Assembly: GCA_041937175.2 (NCBI GenBank)
Contig: CP166615.1
Coordinates: 4,064,001 to 4,128,000 of the forward strand
Source of the DNA: Limnothrix sp. BL-A-16
Lineage (GTDB): Bacteria > Cyanobacteriota > Cyanobacteriia > CACIAM-69d
Length of the DNA stretch: 64,000 nucleotides
Reading direction: 5' to 3'
The position numbers were made by a program, and so were the translations under genes. A model generated the notes under the pieces. It had not been told where the DNA came from and searched no databases. It saw nothing but the letters and a program-made list of their open reading frames with translations. Every line of letters begins with the position of its first letter. The stretch's first letter is position 1. Below are positions 1-8,894 of this stretch, one piece after another.

Positions 1-395
1 TGGCGGATTTGGCGCAGGCCCGCTGGCTGGTGATTGCGGCGGTGGCGGCCTGGGCCCGCTGGGGGCAGGTGGTGGCCATTTTGTCTTATCCCTACCTACG
101 ACCCAGGGGAAAGGGGCGAATGCACAAGGATGCGATTCGATCGCCCTGGAATTTGTTGCCTGGTTGGGCGCTGGCCCTCAGCTTCAGTGCGCTTTATGGG
201 GTGTTGTTTCCGGGCAGTTGGCTGCCAGCGGTGGGGCTGGCCTTGGGAGGCGGGGCGATCGCCCTGCTGACGGGTGCTTGGTTTAATCGGCAATTGGGCG
301 GCCAAACCGGCGACACCTACGGGGCGATCGTGGAATGGACTGAAGCGCTGCTGCTGTGTTTGATGGCCACACTGCAACAGCCTCCCAATGGTTGA
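1..395 (+). CDS. cobS: Adenosylcobinamide-GDP ribazoletransferase (cobalamin synthase), 3' part; starts before the window
   Basis: Hydrophobic ORF with the CobS C-terminal motif LGGQTGDTYGAIVEWTE. Confidence 0.9.
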   Translation, partial: ADLAQARWLVIAAVAAWARWGQVVAILSYPYLRPRGKGRMHKDAIRSPWNLLPGWALALSFSALYGVLFPGSWLPAVGLALGGGAIALLTGAWFNRQLGGQTGDTYGAIVEWTEALLLCLMATLQQPPNG

Positions 396-464
396 CGCTC
401 AATGGGCGATATCCAAGGACTGATGCCCAATGGCTAATTCTCAATGTTTCAAGGATTGATGGGA

Positions 465-851
465 TCAAGGTTTGCGGGTTTCGGTGCGATAGGGCAAAAT
501 GCGCGTCCCGATCGCCAAACTTTCAGCCTCGTAGCTGGGGAGCTTGTCGCCAAAGGGAGCAGGAACCAACTCTTGGAGGCTCAGCTCAGTGCGGTACAGA
601 CTAAAGAGCCAAAAATTCTGGCGATCGGTATTTTGCAAAACCACCTGGCGGATGGCGGGCCGCAGTTGGCCCACGGTTCCCTGGCAAGCCACCTGCAAAA
701 AGCCGGGAGCTTCCTGGCAAGTGCTCTCCTGCACCTCTCGGCCGATGTAGTCCGCAGCAAAATCCGCATAGCGATCGGGGTTGGGATTGGTGACGGCCAG
801 ACCCGCCCCGATCGCCACAATCACACCGCTAACCACCACAATCGCTTTCAC
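465..851 (-). CDS. Cyanobacterial DUF4359-like exported protein
   Basis: N-terminal hydrophobic segment, LAVTNP..Y..FA, NTDRQNFWLFSLYRTEL; GTG start at 851 chosen within ORF 465..920. Confidence 0.7.
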   Translation of the reverse strand: MKAIVVVSGVIVAIGAGLAVTNPNPDRYADFAADYIGREVQESTCQEAPGFLQVACQGTVGQLRPAIRQVVLQNTDRQNFWLFSLYRTELSLQELVPAPFGDKLPSYEAESLAIGTRILPYRTETRKP

Positions 852-1064
852 ATCCGCCACCTTAAAGAACAATTCGACGGCCACCGATCCTGAATTCCGG
901 TTTTGAACTCGATCCGTCAATCTGGATGATCTTTGCCCGTGGCTTCCATCCTATCGAGCGGCCGTTGCCGGCGCGATCGCCCCCGCCAAAATCAGGCTCC
1001 CAAGAAATTTGTCTATAGTAGGTATGCTTTTCAGCACAAAGTTGTTATAATGACCCACTACAGT

Positions 1065-1138
1065 GGCGAGCGTAGCCAAGGGGTTAAGGCAGCGGATTGT
1101 GGTTCCGCCATTCGTGGGTTCAAGTCCCATCGTTCGCC
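1065..1138 (+). tRNA. trnH: tRNA-His (GTG)
   Basis: G-1 plus acceptor GCGAGCG/CGTTCGC, D arm TAGCCAAGGGGTTAAGGC, anticodon arm GCGGA-TTGTGGT-TCCGC, T loop GTTCAAG. Confidence 0.97.
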
Positions 1139-1220
1139 CTCTTCAAAACTCAATATCCAATGTCCCAAGCTTTCAGATTTCCGAGAAACCGAATTCTGAG
1201 AGTCTGGAAACATTGAAAAC

Positions 1221-1252
1221 AAAGGGGTACATTCCATTTTGTACCCCTTTTT
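1221..1252. terminator. Probable bidirectional intrinsic terminator between tRNA-His and the convergent amidase
   Basis: AAAGGGGTACA-N8-TGTACCCCTTT hairpin flanked by A and T runs. Confidence 0.65.
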
Positions 1253-1313
1253 GATTGCCTTTGAATTGGCTGGGCTTGTTTCCCCAAGCTCGTCTCCCCA
1301 AGGTTGAGGCTGG

Positions 1314-2372
1314 CTACTGGGTTGGGCTATTCGGCTTAAAGTCAGAATCCAGGAACAGGCGCGGCGTGAGATCCAGCAGGGGCGGCGGTTCCGGCGTGGG
1401 CTTGGGTGGTTCGCTGGCGGTTCCGGTCAGCTCGCGTGCCAGTCGGGTTGCTTCCGCGATCGCCGTTTGGGGCACGATCGGGGAAATGGGCATGTTGGAA
1501 TCCTGTTTCCAGGTGGTTTCCATTTCAAAGGTTAGGCGCTGCCCTGCGATCGTCCGCTGTTGAAGTTGGGTGGCCAGTTGCCTCACGCCGCCTGCTTGTT
1601 CGATCGCGCTGGCCAGTCGGGGCGAAATTTCAGCCGCACTGTTCAGCAAAATCAAGAAATTGGGCGCAACCTGGGCATTCGGCATCAAAAATAGATAGGT
1701 TGGCTCGCTCAGGGCCCGGCTGCGCCCGCCTTCCGAAAAATTTTGGATCCCATGGCCAACAATTCGCGCCACGTCCAAATCGGGATAAGCATTCAGCAGG
1801 GCCCCAATTAAGCGCCCACCGGCCACGATCTGCTCACGGCTGGGGCGCTCGCTGTCTGGGTCGTAGTGAAACTCAATCCCGATCGACCGCATATTGATCC
1901 AATTCACCGGGCGGTTGGTTTGGGGATCGGGATAGGCTGCTTGCTTCAGGATGTGAAAGGCCGTTTTGCTGGGTGGCACAGTCATCAAAATGTCGCCGTG
2001 CATCCCCACAATAAAATGGGCGCTGACTTCAGCCGGGTCGTTTTGCCACGATCGCGCCACTTGGGCGATCGAGAGCCGTCGCCCACTCAGGGCCGTGTGG
2101 TGAATCACGATCGTGTCCACCGGGCGATCGGTCGGGCGATCTTCATAATCCCGCCGCGACAGGGATCCCGTGGCTAAATAATTAGAAATTGCAAACCCGG
2201 GCAACCCAATTTGCTGGGTTGGATCAGCGGTCTTGGCGTATTTCAGGGCCGCTTCGGCCCGACCATCAGGCGGCAAAACTCCATCGGAAGTAGATGCACC
2301 CACCGCAATTAAGAGTGCCGCCGCTAACACCAGCAAACAGTAACGCAGTACCTTGCGCGGATTCGACAGCAT
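1314..2372 (-). CDS. N-acetylmuramoyl-L-alanine amidase (Amidase_2 / PGRP-like), exported
   Basis: Signal-like N-terminus; IVIHHTA, VSAHFIVG, AFH, NMRSIGIEF and IVGH motifs; Pro-rich tail. Confidence 0.85.
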   Translation of the reverse strand: MLSNPRKVLRYCLLVLAAALLIAVGASTSDGVLPPDGRAEAALKYAKTADPTQQIGLPGFAISNYLATGSLSRRDYEDRPTDRPVDTIVIHHTALSGRRLSIAQVARSWQNDPAEVSAHFIVGMHGDILMTVPPSKTAFHILKQAAYPDPQTNRPVNWINMRSIGIEFHYDPDSERPSREQIVAGGRLIGALLNAYPDLDVARIVGHGIQNFSEGGRSRALSEPTYLFLMPNAQVAPNFLILLNSAAEISPRLASAIEQAGGVRQLATQLQQRTIAGQRLTFEMETTWKQDSNMPISPIVPQTAIAEATRLARELTGTASEPPKPTPEPPPLLDLTPRLFLDSDFKPNSPTQ

Positions 2373-2564
2373 AATCACGGGATCTCTAGCGATCGCTGAT
2401 GTGGAAACAAAGTTGGGGTTGGTGGCGGAGCGATCGAGCAAGCTGCCCAAAATCAGCCAAAAGCGTCAAATTTCAAGCAGCAGCCTGGAAGTTTGGCGCA
2501 ATCTTAGCATCTTGCTTTTGCGAGGGACTGTGGCCAGGCGATCGAAACTGATATTGAAAGCTAA

Positions 2565-2838
2565 GAGGATATCCGGGCAGCCAAAATTGCTACCCTGCGG
2601 GCATCATCGATCGACACAAACGAGGGGCTTAGGGCCTGTCGTCATTTCTTAGGGTCAGGCGAAAACAGTTGATTATCCTTACCCCAATCGTCGCAACAAG
2701 GGGCTTAAGCCCCTTGTCCCCCACGATCTGTCAACGGCGGAATCAAGGTTTCAGGCGATTTGGCGACACCCCCTAAGCTCCTTGCCCCATGACTCTTAAT
2801 CCTTGGCCCTGGCCAAAAGATACTTTTCAGATCTTTTC
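2565..2838 (+). mobile_element. Composite MITE copy A: outer element with nested 142-bp inner element (2632..2773)
   Basis: Degenerate TIRs GAGGATATCCGGGCAG / CTTTTCAGATCTTTTC flanked by TAA on both sides; inner TIRs GGGCCTGTCGTCA / TGGCGACACCCCC; central ACAAGGGGCTTAAGCCCCTTGT. Confidence 0.8.
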
Positions 2839-2949
2839 TAAATACCCGCAGCAGGTAATACCAAAAACTCATACTGAGAATATCAAGGCTCCAGAAATAC
2901 CCAAGACCTTGTAAAGAAATTCAAGATCGAAAATTTAGGGCTGAAATGG

Positions 2950-2988
2950 CAAAAACCGCAGCGGCTTGTGGGAACCGTGCGGTTTTTG
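2950..2988 (-). terminator. Probable intrinsic terminator downstream of the hli gene
   Basis: CAAAAACCGCA...TGCGGTTTTTG inverted repeat. Confidence 0.6.
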
Positions 2989-3144
2989 ATTGCTGAGCCA
3001 AACCTAATCAAAGGTTTGCGGATGCTTGCCGTTGACTATCGATGATGATCGCCCAAGCGGCTAGATCATGACATCGATGGTACGTTGGCGGTTCTGAACC
3101 AATAATCTTGCCGAGGGAACCAGGCTGAGACTCGATCGAGCCAA

Positions 3145-3288
3145 TTACAGCAGGCCCAGTTGCGACAGGATGCCTTGGCCGGTGATGAATTCCGTAGCGA
3201 TACCGATCACGAAGCCCAGCATTGCCAGACGACCGTTCCAGGTTTCGGCGAAGGCAGTGAAGCCGTATTTAGCCTTTTGCTCAGTCAT
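3145..3288 (-). CDS. hli: High-light-inducible protein (Hli/SCP, CAB/ELIP family), 47 aa
   Basis: FAETWNGRLAMLGF chlorophyll-binding motif; ITGQGILSQLGLL. Confidence 0.95.
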   Translation of the reverse strand: MTEQKAKYGFTAFAETWNGRLAMLGFVIGIATEFITGQGILSQLGLL

Positions 3289-3628
3289 GGTTGAAGACCT
3301 CCAAAAAGGGGTTTCGAGCGAATAGATAGAAGTCGAGTTGGGCGAGCGTCCTGGTGTCAAGTTGCTCTATAGAAAATTTAACGCAATTTTTTGTTTACTG
3401 CAACGTTTCGTTACGAATCCATGAGTAAAAACTCTTACTGCTTCCCCTGCTGCCCCGCTGGCCTGCCGTAATTTCCCCCCGCAGCGCCCTTGCCCCATGG
3501 AGCCTCAACGTTTGCTCAATCCTTTGTGGGACAATGGTTCGCGGGCATTAATTCCCAAAAATTTGCCCGGAAAGTTGCCCCTTGGGGGCTGAATTTCGCT
3601 GCTGTTGAGTTGGGTGGGGATTGTGGCT

Positions 3629-4435
3629 GTGGATGGGGAAATTTCGGCAAAGTCGTTGACCTTGGAAGAGGCGATCGCCAATTTGCGCAGTGAAGATGCC
3701 AGCTTGCGTTACTACGCAGCTTGGTGGGTGGGGCGGTTTCGGGTTTCGCAGCCGGACGTGATTGAGGCGCTGATTGAAGCCTTGGATTACGAGGGCGATC
3801 GCACCGAGGCGGGAGGCTTGCCGCTTCAGCGCAATGCGGCGCGGGCGTTGGGGAAATTGGCCGATCGCTCGGCGGTTCCGGCCCTGATTCGATCGCTCAC
3901 GTCGCCCGATTATTACGTGCGGGAGGCGGCGGCCCAGTCCCTCGGGCAGTTGGCAGACGATCGCGCTGTTCCCGGTTTGGTGGCCCTGTTGGATGGAGGC
4001 GTGGCGGCGGCGGTGGTCGTGCCGGGCCAGCCCCACTTGGTGCAGCCCTACGATGCGGTTCTGGAAGCCTTGGGGAATTTGCAGGCGCAGGGGGCGATCG
4101 ACGTGATTCGCCCCTTCACGGAACATTCCGTGCCCAAGGTGCAATACGCGGCCGTGCGGGCCCTGTATCAGCTCACGGGGGATGACCAATGGGGCGAGCG
4201 ACTGGTGGCCGCCCTGCGGGGGCCCGATTTACAGTTGCGGCGGGCCCTGATGGGCGATGTGGGGGCGATCGGCTATTTGGCGGGGGCAGAGGCAATCGCC
4301 CAAACGGAGGCGGAAAATAGCTTGAAACTGATTGCGCTCAAAGGGTTGGCAGAACATCCCAACGCTACCCCCGATGGCCAAACCCTGACGGATGAGGGCC
4401 GCCGCATTTTGGTTTTGATGGATGGCTTGTTGTAG
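3629..4435 (+). CDS. cpcE: Phycocyanin alpha-subunit phycocyanobilin lyase CpcE (HEAT repeats)
   Basis: LRYYAAWWVG, PLQRNAARALG, DYYVREAAAQSL, ENSLKLIALKGL, C-terminal LMDGLL; start uncertain (3605 or 3629). Confidence 0.88.
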   Translation: MDGEISAKSLTLEEAIANLRSEDASLRYYAAWWVGRFRVSQPDVIEALIEALDYEGDRTEAGGLPLQRNAARALGKLADRSAVPALIRSLTSPDYYVREAAAQSLGQLADDRAVPGLVALLDGGVAAAVVVPGQPHLVQPYDAVLEALGNLQAQGAIDVIRPFTEHSVPKVQYAAVRALYQLTGDDQWGERLVAALRGPDLQLRRALMGDVGAIGYLAGAEAIAQTEAENSLKLIALKGLAEHPNATPDGQTLTDEGRRILVLMDGLL

Positions 4436-4493
4436 GGCAGGTCAACAGTACTAAATGGGTCGATCGCACCCCAATGCCGATGAGTGGGCGGCT

Positions 4494-5411
4494 TTATGGC
4501 CGGAGGCGGGCCGATCGGGCGAAAGTCTGTCGGCTGGCCGGTTGGGGATGATTCAGTTGCGACAGGGGGCGGGTTGGTGGTTGTTGGGTTTGGGAATTTG
4601 GCCCCAGCAGGGTTCGGTAATTTTGCAAAAACACCAGTGAGGCGATCGCCAACAGAAAATAGCCAAACCAGCGTTGTAAGCGATCGGCGGGCACCAATTT
4701 TGATAAATAGGCTCCGGGCAACGTGCCCAGGGCCGCCGCCCCCGTGAAGGAAAGGGTCAGGGGCCAATCGATCGCCACATGGCCCGCATAGCCCGCCAGA
4801 CCCGCGATCGAGTTAGCCGCAATAATCACTAGGGACGTGCCGATCGCCTGTTTCATCGGGACATTGCCCAACAGCACCAACGCCGGCACGATCGCAAAAC
4901 CGCCCCCCACACCCACCAACCCGGTCAGCATTCCCACGCCGATGCCCTCCGTTAGCAGCCACAGCCAACAGTAGCGACAGACGGGTTTGGGATAGGCTGC
5001 CAGGGCCGAATCTGGCGATCGATCTGCTGGGGCCGGTTGGTTGCTGCGACGAATCGTGGCGATCGCCGCCAACAGCATCATTCCCACAAACAGCATCATT
5101 TGAATGGGGGGCGTAACCCAAGGTTGGGTGGCCAACTTAGCGCCCCCAAAAGCCCCGATCGCCGTGGATAGCCCAAAAATTGCCGCTATCCGCCAGCGCA
5201 CCCGCCCCGCCCGCCAGTGGGGAATGACTCCCAACAGGCTCACGGTTCCCACAATGGCCAACGTCATGGCGATCGCGGGTTTCACGGGCACGCCCATCAC
5301 CGAAGTCAAAATCGGCAGGGCCAACACCGATCCGCCCCCGCCCAACAGCCCGAGGGCAATGCCGATCACCACGGCCAATCCATGGCCGATCGCCCATATC
5401 AAACTATCCAT
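4494..5411 (-). CDS. Sulfite exporter TauE/SafE family membrane protein
   Basis: [13 protein letters not shown] and [15 protein letters not shown] repeats, AIGTSL; the longer ORF start (5486) lies inside a MITE. Confidence 0.92.
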   Translation of the reverse strand: MDSLIWAIGHGLAVVIGIALGLLGGGGSVLALPILTSVMGVPVKPAIAMTLAIVGTVSLLGVIPHWRAGRVRWRIAAIFGLSTAIGAFGGAKLATQPWVTPPIQMMLFVGMMLLAAIATIRRSNQPAPADRSPDSALAAYPKPVCRYCWLWLLTEGIGVGMLTGLVGVGGGFAIVPALVLLGNVPMKQAIGTSLVIIAANSIAGLAGYAGHVAIDWPLTLSFTGAAALGTLPGAYLSKLVPADRLQRWFGYFLLAIASLVFLQNYRTLLGPNSQTQQPPTRPLSQLNHPQPASRQTFARSARLRP

Positions 5412-5450
5412 AAACCCATCCACAGAACCATCTATAGAACTGACCCTTAA

Positions 5451-5581
5451 GAGGATGTCTGAAAAGCCAAAATCGACACTCTGCACGCCTCCTCGATCGA
5501 CGAAGACAAGATGCTCAAGCCCCTTGCCCCCACGACTATTGGTGCATTGCCCGTGCCAAAAGACACTTTTTAGACATCCTC
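5451..5581 (+). mobile_element. MITE copy B: outer element only (131 bp)
   Basis: TIRs GAGGATGTCTGAAAAG / CTTTTTAGACATCCTC, TAA on both flanks, single degenerate central palindrome. Confidence 0.85.
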
Positions 5582-5779
5582 TAAGAAGTGATCCTTAAAT
5601 TGGCTGATTGCGATCTCAATCAATCGCGATCAATCGACCAACTGAGAATCTTGGAAAGCCACTGCAAATCCGGCCAATTGCATCGGCGATCGGAGTTGAT
5701 CCATTTCGCCTGGCAATTGGCAAAGCTTTCTGAAGCCTGTTTCTGAAGTCTGTTGTTGTGCAGTTTCGCTGCTTGTTCC

Positions 5780-6421
5780 CTAGGACGCACGCTGGTTATA
5801 GGGCAACTTCGCCAGCAGCATGGCCAAAGCGCAGGTGTTGGTGATGCCCGCAAACGTCAGCCCAGCCCCCACAAACCCGCTCAACAGCAAGAACCAAGGG
5901 GAAACCAACGCACCCAGAACCGTGCCCGTGAACACCAAAGAGCCGGCCACGATTTGCACCTGTCGCATCAAACTGATCGGGGCTCGGCGATCGACCAAAA
6001 TGTCCAAACCCGCTGCCTTCCAAGCCTGAAGACCGCCGATCAGGTCGATCGCTGGCGTGCGGCCCGCCTGCATCAATTGATTCGCCACCTCCGCCGATCG
6101 ATTCCCTGTTTGGCAACAGAGCACCACCCAGCGATCGGGCTGAGAAACCGGCACTGTTTGCAAATCCAACTTGCTCATCGGCATCGACAGCGCCCCGGGA
6201 ATGCGTTCCCCGGCAAATTCTCCCGGCTCGCGCACATCCACCACGATCGCCCGATTGGTGGCCAACCAAGCCTGAAGCTCAGTGACGGAAACCCGTTGGC
6301 GCACTGGCCCCACAGGCATCGGCTCAGTTGTCTTACCAAAATCATCGACCACCATCGGTTGAGAGTGGGTTCTGGGCAGTTGAGTAGACGGGGAATTAAC
6401 TTCAGGTTGAACAGGGGTCAT
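5780..6421 (-). CDS. Rhodanese-domain protein with C-terminal DUF2892 membrane region (YgaP-like)
   Basis: VVDVREPGEF, RIPGA, active-site loop CQTGNRS, GGLQAW, ISLMRQVQIVAG...FAGITNTC. Confidence 0.92.
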   Translation of the reverse strand: MTPVQPEVNSPSTQLPRTHSQPMVVDDFGKTTEPMPVGPVRQRVSVTELQAWLATNRAIVVDVREPGEFAGERIPGALSMPMSKLDLQTVPVSQPDRWVVLCCQTGNRSAEVANQLMQAGRTPAIDLIGGLQAWKAAGLDILVDRRAPISLMRQVQIVAGSLVFTGTVLGALVSPWFLLLSGFVGAGLTFAGITNTCALAMLLAKLPYNQRAS

Positions 6422-6498
6422 CGATCTAAATCCTGGGAAGATTTGGGAACAGGGAGAAAAGGGGAGGAAACTCAGAACCTCCAGGGCGGACAGCGCGT

Positions 6499-7194
6499 TC
6501 AGACCGTCACCAGTTGCCCGCATTGTTGATTGGCAGGCACGGCCTCAGCCATCTTTTGGGGATTTGGCAGCCCCAAATTTTGCATCAGGGTCACGAAGGT
6601 TGCGCGATCGTGCCCCACAAACCGAGGATTGCAGCGTTTTTCTTCCCCGATCGTGGAAACCGAAAAGCCGCGATAGTCATGGCCCGGGTAAACCAAGGTT
6701 TCATCGGGCAGCGCAAACAGCACTTCTGTCACCACTTGATAGAGCTGTTCGGCATTGCCGCTTTGGAAGTCCGTGCGACCACAGCCGCGAATGAGCAGGG
6801 AATCTCCCGTCAGCAAATGGGTTTGATTCACCAGATAGGCTAAGTGGCTGTCCGTGTGGCCCAGGGTGGCGATCGCTTGAATGGGCACTGAGCCAACCCA
6901 AAACACTTCGTCATCGTCCAAAGTGCGATCGGCGCAGGCGACCTTGGCCCCCATGGGAACAATTCCTTGGCAATCGGTCAAATCGCGTAGCCGACCGGCT
7001 CCGGTCACATGATCCGCGTGGACATGGGTTTCTAGGCAAGCCACCAGGGTCAAGCCCAGTTCCTGAATCAGTTTGTAGTCCCGATCGACCTGTTCCAAAA
7101 CCGAGTCCACCAAGACCGCTTGGCGACTGTCCCGATCGGCGATCAGGTAACTGTAGGTGCTCGTTTCCCGATCGAACAATTGCCGAAACAACAT
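6499..7194 (-). CDS. Persulfide dioxygenase (ETHE1-like metallo-beta-lactamase fold)
   Basis: FRQLFD, ETHVHADHVTG, GHT, TGDSLLIRGCGRTDFQ, YPGHDY, STIGEEKRCNPR. Confidence 0.92.
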   Translation of the reverse strand: MLFRQLFDRETSTYSYLIADRDSRQAVLVDSVLEQVDRDYKLIQELGLTLVACLETHVHADHVTGAGRLRDLTDCQGIVPMGAKVACADRTLDDDEVFWVGSVPIQAIATLGHTDSHLAYLVNQTHLLTGDSLLIRGCGRTDFQSGNAEQLYQVVTEVLFALPDETLVYPGHDYRGFSVSTIGEEKRCNPRFVGHDRATFVTLMQNLGLPNPQKMAEAVPANQQCGQLVTV

Positions 7195-7306
7195 AGGGCA
7201 GTTCCTAAGAGTGAAGGGTGTTGGGCAAATTAGGAGGCAAATTGAAGGAGCAAGCAGCGGAATATGGTCTGAGAGAGGCTCTTGGTTCTTTTATGCTTGA
7301 TTAATT

Positions 7307-7328
7307 AATATAACTATATACTCATATT
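7307..7328. promoter_or_regulatory. Candidate ArsR-family operator
   Basis: Imperfect AT-rich palindrome AATATAACTATATACTCATATT (18/22 self-complementary) between the divergent dioxygenase and ArsR genes. Confidence 0.5.
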
Positions 7329-7641
7329 TGGGATTTGCCACCCGATCGCCCCCATTTTTTCACCGGCTCCGTTAGCCTGGGTGGCCAGTCGTCACCCAGC
7401 TTCACTGGAATCGGGTTACCACCAGAATGCTCGATCGCCTTGATTTTGCCCAATACTTTCCTTCAGGGACAATTGAGCCATTCAATGGGGTAGAGTTGCC
7501 TTCGCAAGGGGATCAGAATCATTAACATCCTGTCGGGATCTCTCCTTCCCTGTCCGCTTCTGCCCTCGGTCAAGCCCTGATTCTGCATCCATGGCACCCC
7601 TCCGCAACTCTCCTTTTCCCTTCGCTTGGACATCGAGTTCT

Positions 7642-7986
7642 ATGGCTAATACCCTTGACCATGAGTTAGACGCACTGGCATTCGTCGCGGACTATCTCAA
7701 GGTTTTGTCGGAACGCAATCGATTGCGAGTGCTGTGCTGCTTGCGGGAGGGGCCCCGAAATGTGGCGGAAATTGTGGAAGCAACGGGCCTGACCCAGGCT
7801 AATACTTCCAAGCATCTAAAAGTTTTGTCTCAAGCGGGCATGGTTGCTCGACAATCCCAAGGCACCAGCGCCTATTACCGAATTGTGGATCCGCTGATTT
7901 TTGATCTTTGTGAATTAATTTGGCGGCGACTGAGCGATCGCTTGGAACAGCAACAACAGGTGATCGCCAGTTTTCGGGTGCAGTAA
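7642..7986 (+). CDS. ArsR/SmtB family transcriptional repressor
   Basis: KVLSERNRLRVL, NVAEIVEATGLTQANTSKHLKVL wHTH, AYYRIVDP..FDLC. Confidence 0.92.
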   Translation: MANTLDHELDALAFVADYLKVLSERNRLRVLCCLREGPRNVAEIVEATGLTQANTSKHLKVLSQAGMVARQSQGTSAYYRIVDPLIFDLCELIWRRLSDRLEQQQQVIASFRVQ

Positions 7987-8168
7987 TTGGCCGATCGGGT
8001 GGCTATGCCAACGCGCCCTTAACGCGCCACTCACTCGCCATTAGCTCGCCCGCCATGAATTCGTCATGGAAGTGGGCTGTATGAAAGTGGGCTGCAATCA
8101 CCGGGGATTGTGCAATTTTTGCTACCGTTCAGACAGTCCCTCGAAATCGCGCCCCTCGAAATTTCGCC

Positions 8169-8861
8169 ATGGTAGCTCACCCTCGCATCACCCACGTTAT
8201 CTACGATCTCGACGGTTTGTTGCTGGATACGGAATCAATTAATGAAGCGGTGAACCGGGCGATCGCCGATCGCTACGGTTGTGCTTACGATCCAGCGGTG
8301 CGGGGACGCATCGCCGGGCGCGATGCCCACACGTCATCGGCGATTTTGGTGGAATGGTTGGGGTTGCCCATCAGTCCCGAGGAAATGTTGCAACAGCGGC
8401 GATCGCTGGTGGCCCAGTGGCAACCGGTGGCTAAACCGATGCCGGGGGCGGTGGAGTTGACCCATCACCTGCACCGATCGGGCGTTCCCCAGGCGATCGC
8501 CACCAGTTCCAGCCGCGGCCCCTTTGGTTGGAAGGCCGCACCTCACCGGGATTGGTTTCGCCTGTTTCACTGCACGGTGCTGAGTGATGATCCGGGGGTG
8601 CGCCAGGCCAAGCCCGCGCCGGATCTGTTTCGGGAAGCGGCTCGACGATTGGGGGCCGACCCGCGCCACTGTCTGGTGTTTGAGGATGCGCCAGCGGGCA
8701 TTGAGGCGGCCCGGGCGGCAGGAATGTCGGTGATTGCGATTCCGGATCCGGCCTTGGAGCGATCGAGCCTGGCCCAGGCCGATGCGATTTTGCCCTCTTT
8801 GCAGGCCTTTGAGCCGGCCGATTGGGGATTGCCCGCTCGGGTTCCAGCGGCGGTTTGCTAA
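8169..8861 (+). CDS. HAD-superfamily hydrolase (pseudouridine-5'-phosphatase/GS1-like)
   Basis: DLDGLLLDTE, AIATSS, KPAPDLF, LVFEDAPAG motifs. Confidence 0.9.
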   Translation: MVAHPRITHVIYDLDGLLLDTESINEAVNRAIADRYGCAYDPAVRGRIAGRDAHTSSAILVEWLGLPISPEEMLQQRRSLVAQWQPVAKPMPGAVELTHHLHRSGVPQAIATSSSRGPFGWKAAPHRDWFRLFHCTVLSDDPGVRQAKPAPDLFREAARRLGADPRHCLVFEDAPAGIEAARAAGMSVIAIPDPALERSSLAQADAILPSLQAFEPADWGLPARVPAAVC

Positions 8862-8894
8862 AGGGATGGGGCGATCGATGGGGCGCGTTCCGGC

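Noticed and set aside
1139..1313. Possible integrative element at tRNA-His (also considered at tRNA-Ser)
   Set aside because: No integrase, and no duplicated tRNA 3' end seen in the window.
3361..3425. HLR1 site upstream of the hli gene
   Set aside because: Expected from biology, but I could not find a convincing correctly spaced direct repeat.
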